Positions 1-13,300 of a DNA stretch of 64,000 nt are shown piece after piece. The stretch is from Phyllobates terribilis. Lineage: Eukaryota. The DNA lies in NCBI RefSeq assembly GCF_046119375.1, contig NW_027362767.1:203670001-203734000 (forward strand), given 5' to 3'. The translations under genes and the position numbers were made by a program. Under the pieces are notes generated by a model, which was given only the letters and a program-made list of their open reading frames with translations, was not told the DNA's origin and did not search any database. Positions within the stretch are counted from its first letter, which is position 1. Each line of letters starts with the position of its first letter.

Positions 1-2133
1 ATTCTGGAGCAAGTTCTCCTGAGGTGGGAGGAGCTAGAGGTAGACACAGAAATTCTGCAGAAAGTTCTCCGGAGGTGTGAGGAGCTAGAGGTAGACACAG
101 AAATTCTGCAAGTTCTCCTGAGGTGGGAGCAGCTAGAGGTAGTCACAGACATTCTGCAGCAAGTTCTCCTGAGGTGGGAGGAGCTAGAAGCAGACAGACA
201 TTCTCCTACAAGTTCTCCTGATATGGGTGGAGCTAGAGGCAGACAGACATTCTGCTGAAAATTCTCCTGAGGTGGGAGGAGCTAGAGGCAAAAACAGACA
301 TTCTGATGCAAGTTCTCCTGAGGTGGGAGGAGCTAGAGGCAGACACAGACATTCTGCTGCAAGTTCTCCTGAGGTGGGAGGAGCTAGAGGCAGGCACAGA
401 CATTCTGCTTCAAGTATTCCTGAGGTGGGAGGAGCTACAGGCAGACAGCCATTCTGCTGCAAGTTCTCTTGAGGTGGGAGAAGATAGAGGTAGACACGGA
501 AATTCTACTGCAAGTTCTCCTGGGGTGGGAGGAGCTAGAGGCAGGCACAGACATTCTGCTGCATGTATTCCTGAGGTAGTAGGAGCTACAGGCAGACACA
601 GACATTCAGCTGTAAGTTCTCCTGAGGTGGGAGGAGCTAGAGGTAGACACAGACATTTTGCTGCAAGTTCTCTGTAGGTGGCAGGAGCTTCATGAAAGAC
701 ACATACATTCTCCTACAAGTTCTCCTTAGATGGGAAGAGCTAGAGGAAGACACAGACATTCTTCTGCAAGTTCTCCTGAGGTGGGAGGAGCTAGAGGCAG
801 ACACAGACATTCTGCTCCAAGTTCTCCTGAGGTGGGAGGAGCTAGAGACAAAAACAGACATTTTGTTGCAAGTTTTCCTAAGATGGGAGGAGCTAGAGGC
901 AGAAACAGACATTCTGCTGAAAGTTCTCCTGAGGTGGGAGGAGCTAGAGGCAGACACAGACATTCTACTGCAAGTTCTCCTGAGGTGGGAGTGTAAAGGA
1001 CATATTGATATTCATGCTATAGCGTGAAGGGTCATTGCTGCCCTCCCTCAACAGGAGGAGCTAGAGGTAGACATAGACATTCTTCTGCAAGTTCTCCTGA
1101 GGTGGGAGCAGCTAGAGGCAGACAGACATTCTGCTCCAAGTTCTCCTGAGGTGGGAGGAGCTAGAGACAAAAACAGACATTCTGCTGCAAGTATTCCTGA
1201 GGTGGGAGGAGCTACAGACAGACACAGACATTCAGCTGTAAGTTCTCCTGAGGTGGGAGTGTAAAGGACATATTGATATTCATGCTATAGCGTGAAGGGT
1301 CATTGCTGCCCTCCCTCAACAGGAGGAGCTAGATGTAGACACAGACATTCTGCTGCAAGTTCTCCGTAGGTGGGAGGAGCTCGAGAAAGACACATACATT
1401 CTCCTACAAGTTCTCCTTAGGTGGGAAGAGCTAGAGGAAGACACAGACATTCTGCTGCAAGTTCTACTGAGGTGGGAGCAGCTAGAGGCAGACACAGACA
1501 TTCTGCTCCAAGTTCTCCTGAGGTGGGAGGAGCTAGAGACAAAAACAGACATTTTGTTGCAAGTTTTCCTAAGATGGGAGGAGCTAGTGGCAGACACAGA
1601 TATTATTCTGCACGTTCTCCTGAGGTGGGAAGAGCTAGAGGTAGTCACAGACATTCTGCAGCAAGTTCTCCTGAGGTGGGAGGAGGTAGAAGCAGACAGA
1701 CATTCTGCTGAAAATTCTCCTGAGGTGGGAGGAGCTAGAGGCAGACACAGATATTCTGCTGCAAGTTCTCCTGAGGTGAGAGGAGCTAGAGGCAGACACC
1801 GACATTCTGCTGCAAGTTCTCCTGAGGTGGGAGGAGCTAGAGGCAGACACAGACATTCTGCTGCAAGTTCTCCTGATGTGGAGGAGCTAGAGGCAGGCAC
1901 AGACATTCTGCTTCAAGTATTCCTGAGGTGGGAGGAGCTACAGGCAGACACAGCCATTCTGCTGCAAGTTCTCCTGAGGTGGGAAGAGCTAGAGGCAGAC
2001 ACAGACATTCTGCTGCAAGTTCTCCTGAGGTGGGAGGAGCAAGAGGCAGACACAGACATTCTGCTGCAAGTTCTCCTGAGGTGGGAGAAGCTAGAGGTAG
2101 ACACAGACATTCTGCCGCAAGTTCTCTTGATAT
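1..2133. repeat. 51-bp tandem minisatellite (GAGGTGGGAGGAGCTAGAGGCAGACACAGACATTCTGCTGCAAGTTCTCCT), ~40 diverged copies, continuing off the left edge
   Basis: The unit is directly visible. The ORF track shows 17-aa periodic peptides (RWEELEADTDILLQVLL; GGARGRHRHSAASSPEV) with frame changes at 2-bp deletions. Confidence 0.95.
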
Positions 2134-2163
2134 GAGAAAATGTTTTTTTAATAAGAAAAAGTG

Positions 2164-2584
2164 TTAAAGGGTTTGTCTCATCTTCATCTATAAAAGCAAA
2201 CTGCTCCCCAACCTCCATCTTCCTGCTGACCAGGGGTCTGACATAGATCTCCTTGAGAATCTGCCTCCAGAGCTTACTGTAAATAAAAGGGGGACTTACC
2301 AATGAGACATGTAGATCAGGAGAGCAGACTGTCAGTCATTACATGTCTCACACTGGTAACGCCCCCTGTCATTTATATTATTCTCTGCAGACAGATTCTC
2401 AGGGAGATCTTTGTCAGGCACATAAATGTTAACAGCTCATTTACATATTAAGGAAAATGTTAATTTCTCTGGAATAAGACATCAGATCACAGGTATCAAG
2501 ATGTCATTTTATCCAACTCTTTATGACTTGTATGCCCATATAGACAGCTTAAGAAAATTGATCCTACTGACAGATGCCCTTTAA
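2164..2584. mobile_element. Kolobok/T2-type MITE, internally palindromic
   Basis: Begins TTAAAGGG and ends CCCTTTAA. Internal inverted pair ATCTCCTTGAGAATCTGCCTCCAGAG / CTCTGCAGACAGATTCTCAGGGAGAT. Only the outermost bases of the TIRs match. Confidence 0.6.
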
Positions 2585-3346
2585 AGTGCTGGCCTAAAAG
2601 GGGTTGTCCAGTTTTTCACAAAATTACTCAAATGTGTGAGCTGCAGCCAATCACTGGGCTCAGCATTCTAGTGCTGTCTGCTTTGGCATAATCACTGAGC
2701 CTAGTGAATGTCTGCAGCGGTCACATACTGTAGGCAGGACAATATTGCAGCAGGGACAGGCAGCAATAAGGCTGATGTTATTTTCAAGCAGATGAAACTA
2801 AGTTGAATGCAAACCTGGAAAATCCATGTCATTATTTGTAAATTATTCTTAGCTATATGGTTTCTAAGAATGTGCAAACTCTTCATCATATAAACCATAA
2901 AAAAACAAAGGAGAGACCAAAAAATGTATGATAGAGTCCATCAACATCTGAACATTCTGTAGAATTATTCCACAATCACCTTATCACAACCATAATACGC
3001 TATAAAAGGATTGTAAACCCCTTATCTGTAGGAAAAGCATTATACATAATATTGCAAGGAATCCTAAAAGCATTATACATCCAGGGAGATTATAGACAGC
3101 ATTGTCCTTCTGCTCTGAGCTACACAGCAGTGTCACCCAGAAAGGAAAAAGTTCCTGGGCTATAGAGCGAGCGGCAGAGCTATCGGGTCTGACCCACATT
3201 TGTGAGTATAGTCATGAAAACAAAGGCCACGGTTATGCAACTAGGGACTGGAGTGAGGAACTGCACTGGAGAGCATCCACTGTTTTAATTTTTATTTCAT
3301 AAATCAATAGAACACATGAAAATAAGAAATGTAATTAATTTTATTG

Positions 3347-3756
3347 GAGAAATCTGCTTCTTTCTCCTCCTTGACTGATCAGTCATTCTCAAAATTCTCA
3401 TTTCTGGGGTAAAATCAGTATTCAGTGAAGACAAATTGTTACATTACTGAGATAGGAGATGGTAGATAGTACTTGTAAGCTTCTATGTGGAGGGGAGAGG
3501 TGAGGAGGGAGAAGCTCCAGGCAGGGCTCCTCCCATCTACATACAATCTCATCAGCAGTAACTGCCATCTCCTATCTCATAGAATCATAGAATGGTAGAG
3601 TTGGAGAGGACCTCCTTGGTCATCGGGTCCAACCCCCTGCTCAAAGCAGGATTCACTAAATCCTAAATTAGTCTTCACTGAATACAGATTTTACCCAAGA
3701 AATAAGACTTGTGAGACTGACTGATCAGTCCTGACGGAGAAAGAAGCAGATTTCTC
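3347..3756. mobile_element. Palindromic MITE remnant interrupted by a CR1 3' fragment
   Basis: The arm GAGAAATCTGCTTCTTTCTCC...GTATTCAGTGAAGAC (3347-3432) is the reverse complement of 3671-3756. The inner pair GAGATAGGAGATGG / CCATCTCCTATCTC is also inverted. Confidence 0.7.
3578..3660 (-). mobile_element. CR1 LINE 3' end fragment
   Basis: CATAGAATCATAGAAT is the reverse complement of the (ATTCTATG)n CR1 tail. It is followed by GGTAGAGTTGGAGAGGACCTCC...CCAACCCCCTGC, the typical CR1 3' end sequence. Confidence 0.8.
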
Positions 3757-3944
3757 TTTTCAGATATATTACAAAGTGTCATATTTTCATTTGTATTATT
3801 CATTCATTGTGACTGTCAGAGGGGAACACTGGGGCATTATTACTTTATCAGGGGCAAAATGTGGACACTGTTTTCTAGAGCACTTGAACAGATCATTAAT
3901 ATTTTCGAGGGGGCACAAAGGAGACGTTATACTATGTAAGAGGC

Positions 3945-4497
3945 ACAGTGGTGGCATTATTATGTGGGGGCACTATGTGGGGGCACTATGTGGGGGCACA
4001 GTGGGGTAATTATTATCTGGGGCACAGTGGTGGCATTATTATGTGGGGGCACAGTGGGGGCATTATTATGTGGGGGCACAGTGGGGGCATTATTATGTGG
4101 GGGCACAGTGGGGGCATTATTATGTGGGGGCACTATGTGGGGGCACAGTGGGGTAATTATTATCTGGGGGCACAGTGGTGGCATTATTATGTGGGGGCAT
4201 TATTATGTGGGGGTACTATGTGGGGACACAGTGGGGTAATTATTATGTGGGGGCACAGTGGGGGCATTATTATGTGGGGGCACAGTGGGGGCATTATTAT
4301 GTGGGGGCACTATGTGGGGGCACAGTGGGGTAATTATTATCTGGGGGCACAGTGGGGGCATTATTATGTGGGGGCACAGTGGGGGCATTATTATGTGGGG
4401 GCACTATGTGGGGGCACAGTGGGGTAATTATTATCTGGGGGCACAGTGGGGGCATTATTATGTGGGGGCACAGTGGTGGCATTATTATGTGGGGCAT
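3945..4497. repeat. 27-bp G-rich minisatellite (CACAGTGGGGGCATTATTATGTGGGGG) with ~13-bp subunits, probably internal to a non-autonomous DNA transposon ending ...CTACGCCTCTG near 4995
   Basis: CACAGT recurs at 4023, 4050 and 4077 (period 27). ORF peptides are 9-aa periodic (GHSGGIIMW). Confidence 0.9.
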
Positions 4498-4996
4498 TAA
4501 GAGGAGAGCTGTTTTTGTGCCAAAGAGCAGGTGCAGTAACATACAGCAGCAGTGGCTCAGCATTGGAGTATCAGCAGGATGAGGACTTTGTGCAGATAGA
4601 TGGGACGGTGAGGTAAATGTGAGAAGTCATATATGTCTTTTTTTGTAATCTCTGCAGTCCTGGAAAGTTGTCATGTCGGTCTGGGCAAGATGGAAAAGAC
4701 GGGAAAAGTGAACGACTCCAACAGAAAGAACATCAGCTGTAAATCACCATTTATACCTGTACTGTAATCACTTACATGTTCTGCAGGACTGGTATCTACC
4801 ACTAGATGGTCACCGTATGGTGGTAATATTATTCTTGGTCTTTTTGTGGTGATTTATGTTCAGTAACAGAAGCAGTCATCTGCTGAGGTTCTCCTACATT
4901 CACTATTAGGGTCCGCCACCGTAGTTGTAAACCTGGTTAGGGGCTCACTCTGAAATTTCGCCCTGCCCTTAGCCGAACCACTATCTACGCCTCTGC

Positions 4997-5370
4997 TTAA
5001 AGGAGTTGTCCAGTCTTCTGATAAAAGTCTGCATTCACTGTATGTGACTGCAGATTTCTGAATCCTGACAGCATGCAGTGCACACGTTCTCAGGATTCAT
5101 CGGTTTTGCCGGTGAGAAGGGGGGTCACTTGACCAAAAAGCATGTCACTAGATCTGCTCGGCTTCTCTGAATTCATTTGTGTTGAGAGCCAGGCACATCT
5201 GGTCAGAATGTGATCAGAAGTATACAAAATGTATATTTGTGACCAAGTGACCGCCCGCACTCACCGGTCATACCATGGAACTCTGACAGTGTGTGCACTG
5301 CACACAGTTAAGATTCAGAAGTTTGCAAGTGACTGCAGACTTTTATCAGAAGACTGGACAACACCTTTAA
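4997..5370. mobile_element. Kolobok/T2-family MITE with TTAA target site
   Basis: TTAA-AGGAGTTGTCCAGTCTTCTGATAAAAGTCTGCA ... TGCAGACTTTTATCAGAAGACTGGACAACACCT-TTAA gives a near-perfect ~33-bp TIR with TTAA at both ends. The interior is palindromic. Confidence 0.9.
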
Positions 5371-5762
5371 GTACTGCAGTGTATTAACCTATGGAGGACA
5401 TGGAGGCCATTGTTAGGCCTCTAGTTGCCATAGCAACCATTTAACACCAGACAAAAGCATCATGGGGTGGAGAATGAGTTGACTGAGGGAGAAGTCTTCC
5501 TCTGTCAACTCCTTAAATGACACAGTTGCTAATGACTATGTTATCTGAGAAGTAAAATGGTGAGATGGCAGTTAGCTCAAGACCCAGCATTTACCAAAAG
5601 AGCTGCAGAGCAAATAGCGCAAATAGGGTCTTATCCAACACACTTCATTTATATTAAAACAGGATATGATAACTTGATGCAGTAGAAAATTCACATTTGA
5701 ATAGGTAATCAACTGCTGCAGATCCACGGGTCACCAGACCAATTGTAGATTTAGAAGAAAAA

Positions 5763-5988
5763 ATTTGTGGAGTTTTTCCGCGCTGCTGATGAATGAATAA
5801 AATCAGGTGACAAGAGATTGTATTAATGTGTTTTTTATTCAACGTGTTTCGACATATATCGCACTTCTTCAGGAAGTAACAACAACCAGTTGAATAAATC
5901 GAAACGCGACAAATAAAAACTGCATTAATAATATCTCTTGGCACAGGATTTTCTTTGACCTTCAGCAGCGCGGAAAAACTCCACAAAT
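5763..5988. repeat. 226-bp imperfect palindrome (MITE-like)
   Basis: ATTTGTGGAGTTTTTCCGCGCTGCTGA (5763-5789) is the exact reverse complement of 5962-5988. The inner arms also pair. Confidence 0.8.
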
Positions 5989-6650
5989 GTCTCCTTGTTA
6001 GTCCCAGCATTTGCCATAGGATCTCAGCTCGAGCCGTGGTGTACATGTGCATTCTGGTGCAGTAATTCTCTCTCCATCAGGACATATATAAGTGTTCATC
6101 CAAATGTGCAAAAGGTGCAATGATCTACATGTCGTGAGCTTGTGTCCTCTCTGCGCCTTTGTCATTTTGCAATAAAAAAAAGTATTGGACAATCGAGATT
6201 TAAAGCATCAAAGAAGAAGATACAAATAAAATATTATGTATCATGCAGTCTAAACAAAAGGAATAGGGTTTTCCGCTGCGGTCACCAAAACAAGGATCTA
6301 TTGTTCTATTTTCTGTATCTTCTATGTTTCTAGATTAAGAATTTATCAGCCACTGAGAATCTGTATTTTATTATCTCGGGATTGACATGACGTGCTGAAA
6401 CTTTTGATGATACCATGCAAAGTGTCCACATTTTTGACAAGTCTAGTTAAGAACTGTAACTATTTGATGATTACCATTTTTTAGGCTATAGGACAATGTG
6501 ACGCTTTTTAAGTTCTCTCTTTGACTCAACATCAGTAATTTCATTTTCCTTTTTACCACGTTTATTTCATTATGAGAAGTATGTGAACAGACAGCCTAAC
6601 TAACTTGTCTCCTGTGCCAGATCCGTCATCAAGAGCATCAAATCTTAGAG

Positions 6651-7270
6651 CATACGTGTCAAACTCCAGCCCGTGGGCCAAATCTGGCCCGTAGGGTGGT
6701 TATATTAGGCCCTCAACACCTGAACCACCACCCCTATGTGGGCCCGTTATACTGTATGGAGGACTATGTGGGGCTCATTATACTGTATGGAGGGCTATGT
6801 GGGGCCCATTATACTGTATGGAGGACTATGTGGGCCCATTATACTGTATGGAGGACTATGTGGGGCTCATTATACTGTATGGAGGACTATGTGGGGCCAT
6901 TATACTGTATGGAGGACTATGTGGGCCCATTATACTGTATGGAGGACTATGTGGACTCATACTGTATGGAGGACTATGTGCAGCCCATTATACTGTATGG
7001 AGGACTATGTGGGGCCCATTATACTGTATGGAGGACTATTTGCGGCCCCTTATTCTGTATCAATGATTGTGTGTTGCCATTATACTGTATGGAGGACTAT
7101 GTGGGGCCCATTATACTGTATGGAGGACTATGTGGGGCCCATTATACTGTATGGAGGACTATATGGGGCCCATTATACTGTATGGAGGATTATTTGCGGC
7201 CCCTTATTCTGTATAGATGATTGTGTGGGGCCCATTATACTGTATGGAGGACTATGTGCGGCCATTATTC
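6651..7270 (+). mobile_element. Left end of a hAT-like non-autonomous element with an internal minisatellite (right TIR not found)
   Basis: Starts CATACGTGTCAAACTCCAGCCCGTGGGCCAAATCTGGCCCG, resembling CAGGGGTGTCAAACTC...GGCCCGCGGGCC hAT termini, and runs into a tandem array. Confidence 0.55.
6735..7268. repeat. 30/31-bp minisatellite (CATTATACTGTATGGAGGACTATGTGGGGCC), ~17 copies
   Basis: The unit is directly visible. ORF peptides are 10-aa periodic (CMEDYVGPLY). Confidence 0.9.
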
Positions 7271-7271
7271 T

Positions 7272-7405
7272 TGGGTGAGGAACATATAAGTGTGGAGGAG
7301 AGAATGAGGTCTTGAGGGGACCGGAGATTACGTGTTGGAAGGTAACGGGAGGTCACAGATTATGGTCGGCTTTGTACGTCAGTGTTAATAGTTTGAACTG
7401 GATAC
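7272..7405 (-). mobile_element. L2/CR1-group LINE ORF2 C-terminal fragment
   Basis: The minus strand translates IQFKLLTLTYKADHNL...PTRNLRS..DLILS, matching the conserved L2 ORF2 C-terminal motif (recalled family knowledge). Confidence 0.65.
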
Positions 7406-8057
7406 TTCTGCGCTCCACATTAGCAGCAGCAAAGATAATAAGTTGGGCAGCTAATGAACAAAGTCAGTATTGAATCATGTGCACTGTACCACACATGATT
7501 CAAACAGTCTTCATCCTTTACTGAGTACTACTATCACGTTATTATACTGTACCTTTTTATGACCCTATGGGTTATGGTATTGGTTAGAGCTGGATTACAG
7601 CTAGGGGTAATACTAAAGTTAGGCCTATGTTTAAGGTTACGGAGAGTGTATTAAAACGGTTATGTAAAACAATATAAAAAAAAAAAATTGTGGGTTAAAA
7701 GGAAAATTATAATTATGTGCTTTGGAAATAGGGGTTTAACACTGGGCTGGTGGAAGGTACTCGGGAAGTGTTAACAATACACCAGTTGAGTGCAAAATAC
7801 CAGCCTTGCCTAGGATGCTGGCATGCTCCCAATTCTAATACAGTCGTGGCCGAAAGTGTTGGCACGCTTGAAATTGTTCCAGAAAATGAAGTATTTCTCC
7901 CAGAAAATTATTGCACTTACACATGTTTTGGTATACAAACGTTTATTTCCTTTGTGTGTATTGGAACAACACATAAAAAACTAAAAAAAGGCATATTGGA
8001 CAAAATTTTGCACAAAACCCCCAAAATGGGCCAGACAAAATTGTTGACCCCCTCAAC

Positions 8058-9075
<1,018 letters not shown>

Positions 9076-9080
9076 GCTTA

Positions 9081-9266
9081 GGCCACGGCCCCACTATCAG
9101 TATTTAGTCAGTATTCGATCAGTATTTTTTCTCAGGAGTGGGAGGCAAAACCAGGAGAGGGTGATAAATGCAGAATTGATACCTTTTCTCTGATTGTTCC
9201 TCACCTGTTTTTTTCTCCCACTCCTGAGAAAAATACTGACCAAATACTGATAGTCGGGCCGTGGCC
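9081..9266. mobile_element. PIF/Harbinger-type MITE (186 bp) with TTA TSD, nested in the Tc1
   Basis: TTA|GGCCACGGCCCACTATCAGTATTT ... AAATACTGATAGTCGGGCCGTGGCC|TTA. The element is palindromic with a 3-bp TWA duplication. Confidence 0.85.
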
Positions 9267-10364
9267 TTAGTTTCAGGTGTGATTTTCTTATTGCCCACAC
9301 CTGTTACTTGCCACAGGTGAGTTTGAACGAGCATCACATGCTTGGAATAATGTTGTTTACACACAATTTTGGAAAGGTGACAACAATTGTGTCCGGACCA
9401 TTTTTGGTGTTTTGTGTGAAATTAGATTCAATTTGCCTTTTTTCTCTGTTTTTTTGTGTTGTTCCAATACACACAAAGGAAATAAACATGTGTATAACAA
9501 AACACGTGGAATTAAAATGATTTTCAGGGAGAAATACTTCATTTCCGGGAACAATTTCAAGGGTGCCAACACTTTCGTCCATGACTGTATGTGCCAAGCT
9601 GTTGTCTTTTTTTAGTGAGATTTGGAGAAATAATGTTATCATTTATTGTTGTATTTGAAGTTTCCATTTCCTGATCTGGTGTTGAATTAACCCATATCAG
9701 ATCAGTGACAGTATGTGCAGCCACACCAGATGACGCCATCCGCCCCATATTCTGATATACAGTATTTGCACTTTAAATCAACCTTTGAATATATTCATAA
9801 TTTTCCTGATTGCCAATACTATAACTTTTCATTATGAATTAATTTATTTGCTGAAAAAAATGAACTTTGGGATGTTCTATTTATAAAAGTAATCAGTTCA
9901 CTGCAATAAGTAGCCACAAATCAGTAACAATTAAGTCATCTATATAAATTATCTCTTGTTGCAATTAAAAATGGGAGCAATTTTCTGCAATAAACAGACT
10001 TCCCATTAACAGTCCGGGATCTGTTCTACTATTTTTATTTAATTTTTATAGTTTTTTCGCCAGATGTTTTTTCACGCCTGCGTTGCTGATATGACACTCT
10101 AGCGTTGGGGTCATATGACGGCCCATGCATGGCGCCAACAGTTAACGACTAAAGTAGCTCATCACACCAGTGTCACAGTCATTTGACACCAATAATCACC
10201 ATCGTGGCGACTAGTTTATTAGTGACTGCATAGGTCCATGACTGGCAACAAGTTATTTAATTTTATAAACTAAGCCAGGGCACTGTAGATTACTTTTCAG
10301 AGCACCCTGACAGCTTAAACAAAATGTCTCCAGTCAGTGCACCCCACCACCACGGCAATGCAAA

Positions 10365-13300
10365 TATGTCAGGAGGATGCAATCACCAACATGCTTTTTG
10401 CATTTGTGAAATTTGGAACTAAGCAATTATATTATTATAAAGAAGAATTACTGGAGAAATGTAATACAATGTTAGTGTATAAATGACGTGTGCTGTAACT
10501 TCATGTCTATACTGGACCCTCAGCTTTCATCCTGTGTAACTCCAGTTGCGTGTAGAAATCAATATTCTGTAGTACTCACTGATGTTACTTCATAAAAGAT
10601 TTCATAAGTTTGTTCTGCCTCGTTCCTATAACCTATAATAATGCAACAAGTACTGACCATTGTTCATGCTGCAATAATATAGAAGGGAAATGTAATATTA
10701 GGACAAGTACTTTGTACAAACTAACATCAATTTTTTGAACTTGTATTATAATTCCAGGCCAACAGGTTAACAGGAACCCAAAGCCAAGGGGGTTAGCTCT
10801 TGGTGTACGGCAAGTATCATTCCTGACGCTTCTGCTTGGTTGGTCTAACCTTGGACTGGTGGATGGACACTGTCATGTCTCACGACTTGGGAATCTACAG
10901 TATTATATTGTATTGTTGCTGTTGTGTTGCTATGCAATAAGATTTGCCTTTTAGCAGTTTGTCCTCCTTCTCTCCCTGTCTGCCTCCCTAGTTCTGAATC
11001 AGTAACCCCTCCCTTCTTCTTCCTCATTCTGAGTATGTCAGCCATGTTAAGAAGCTCATGTCTTGCATCTCTGGATCAGAATAGTCTTTTTTACCTACTG
11101 TATTTGTGCATAAATACAAGAATTCAGCTTGAAAATAAACCTTCTTCTGGAATCTTCATACATGCCTCTGCAGTGGAGTTAAGTTATCTGATGAAATCTC
11201 TTTGTGTGAGTACTGGTACATAGAGACATCATAGAAATGGTGTCTCAAGCGCCACACACTCACAGCCTAGTTATGGAGTCAGAATAGACACATTATCCAA
11301 ACTGCACAACCCCCACTTCCTACAGTTGGTGGGGGATATAAGAAATGTAACTATTTAATATTCATTGTACTCATACCCTTATTAGCTCACTGTCCAGTTA
11401 CAGACCTTAAAATATCAAGACATCTTGGAAACTTGAGTCCTGACTTGGGGAAATAAAAAACGGAACAATCGAGAGGTTCACATGTTGGTGGTCAGCCAAG
11501 TCTGTGTGTATTCCATTGTTCTTCTACCCTCGGTAAACAGAAAAGCATCTATAGATCAAAATATTTAGGTATTTTCTGTTATTTCTTTTTAATTTGTAAC
11601 TGTCTTGGATATTTGTATATTACTTTATTTTGTCTCTTTTTTGTAAGCAGGGTACTTTTTATATTAAAACTTAAAACTTTACGTATGGACCTTGGATGCT
11701 CTAAATAATCTATAGCCTTTTGGATGAAGAACTCACTCTGTAATGGATAAAAATGCAAAAGCATCAAGTATATCATTAATACATTTCCAAGGTTGAGTAA
11801 AGCAAAAATAAAGGAAGGAGTCTTTATTGGACCTGAGATTCGTAAGCTTCTTCAAGATAAGGAGTTTCTCCGTTTACTGAAGCTTTTATGCATTAATTAC
11901 CGTATATTCCGGCGTATAAGACGACTTTTGAAGACTGAAAAATCTTCTGTCTAGTCTGGGGTCGTCTTATACGCCGGTAATGCTTTTGAACTTTCAGAAA
12001 TTGACATGCGGGGATACTCTGGGGGTGTTAATAAGCTGCCGTGGCCGTATCCCTGCCATGTCGGAGTTAATATAAGGTGGAGGGAGTTAAAATACGGCGG
12101 CGGTAGGTCCAGACGGTCAGCGCTTCTGTGCTGAAATGGACACATCGCTGCGTATTCCCAGCTCCGGACACAGCGCAGGGCTTCTGTGCCGACAGCTTTC
12201 ACTTGTCACAGAAGCGCTGCGCTGTGTCCGGAGCAGGTAGGTTCGCATCGCTTCTGTGACAATATATGAAAAGCCGGCAATTCAGCAGCAGCATAAGCCG
12301 GCACCCGACAATTTAGAATAGAAAGAATAGAGCTTCACACATAGATTAGATAGATAGAAACATGTCAGTCACATATATAAGAAGTACAGTGACAGTGTTG
12401 CTTACTGTACTTGTCATTTAGTGTAAAGGATTTATTAAAACAAATAATAGTGTTTTCATGCACCGTCTCTTTAAGAAAGCCGGCCGGCAATTCAGCATCT
12501 GTACCCGACAATTTATAACAGAAAGAATAGAGCTTCACACATAGATTAGATAGATAGAAACATGTCAGTCACATATATATGAAGTACAGTGACAGTGCTG
12601 GTTACTGTACTTGTCATCTAGTGTTAAAATAACGGATTTATTTAAAAAAAAATTGGCGTGGGGTTCCCCTTAATTATAGTCTCTAGCGGAGGTTAAGCAG
12701 ACAGCTGGGGCAAATGTTTGAAGCCTGGGAAGGGGGTAATACCCACGGAGCTTCCCAGGCTACTAATATCAGCCCCCAGCTGAATACATAGCCTTTACTA
12801 GCTATTAAAATGGGGGACCCCCCAAAAAAATGACGTGGGGTCCCCCCTAATTTAATAGCTAGCACAGGCTAGGCAGACAGCTGGGGGCTGATATTAATAG
12901 CCCAGGAAGGGTGCCATGAATATTGGCCCCCTCCCAGGCTAGAAACACCAGCCGTCAGCCGCCCCAGAAATGGCGCATCCATAGGATGCGCCAATTCTGG
13001 CACTTAGCCTCGCTCTTCCACGCTGCCCTGGTGCGGTGGCAGGGGGTAATAGGGCTGGGGTTGATGTCAGCTTATAATGCCAGCTGACATCAAGCCCAGG
13101 TTAGTAATGGAGAGGCGTCTATAAGACACCCCCATTACTAACCCCATAGTCAAAGTTAAAAAAAACACAAACACCCAGAATAAAGTCCTTTAATTGAAAT
13201 AAACACACAATTCTTTATTGTTCTAAATTAAACCATACTTACCATCACGCCCATTCCAGCTGAAGCCAACGATCTCCTGCAATAAAATAAAAATAATAAA

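Noticed and set aside
184-2302. Many overlapping ORFs with periodic peptides (e.g. 196 aa and 193 aa)
   Set aside because: They are by-products of a 51-bp (17-codon) repeat. Frames shift at 2-bp deletions, and similar ORFs appear on both strands.
3948-4582. Gly/His/Pro-rich ORFs
   Set aside because: They are translations of the 27-bp minisatellite, with no coding evidence.
6696-7278. 174-aa and 180-aa repetitive ORFs
   Set aside because: They are translations of the 30/31-bp minisatellite.
9557-9748. 63-aa minus-strand ORF (MGRMASSG...) next to the Tc1
   Set aside because: It runs into the Tc1 TIR. Removing the Tc1 gives an immediate stop (ACA TAT TAG), and no donor site or homology is evident.
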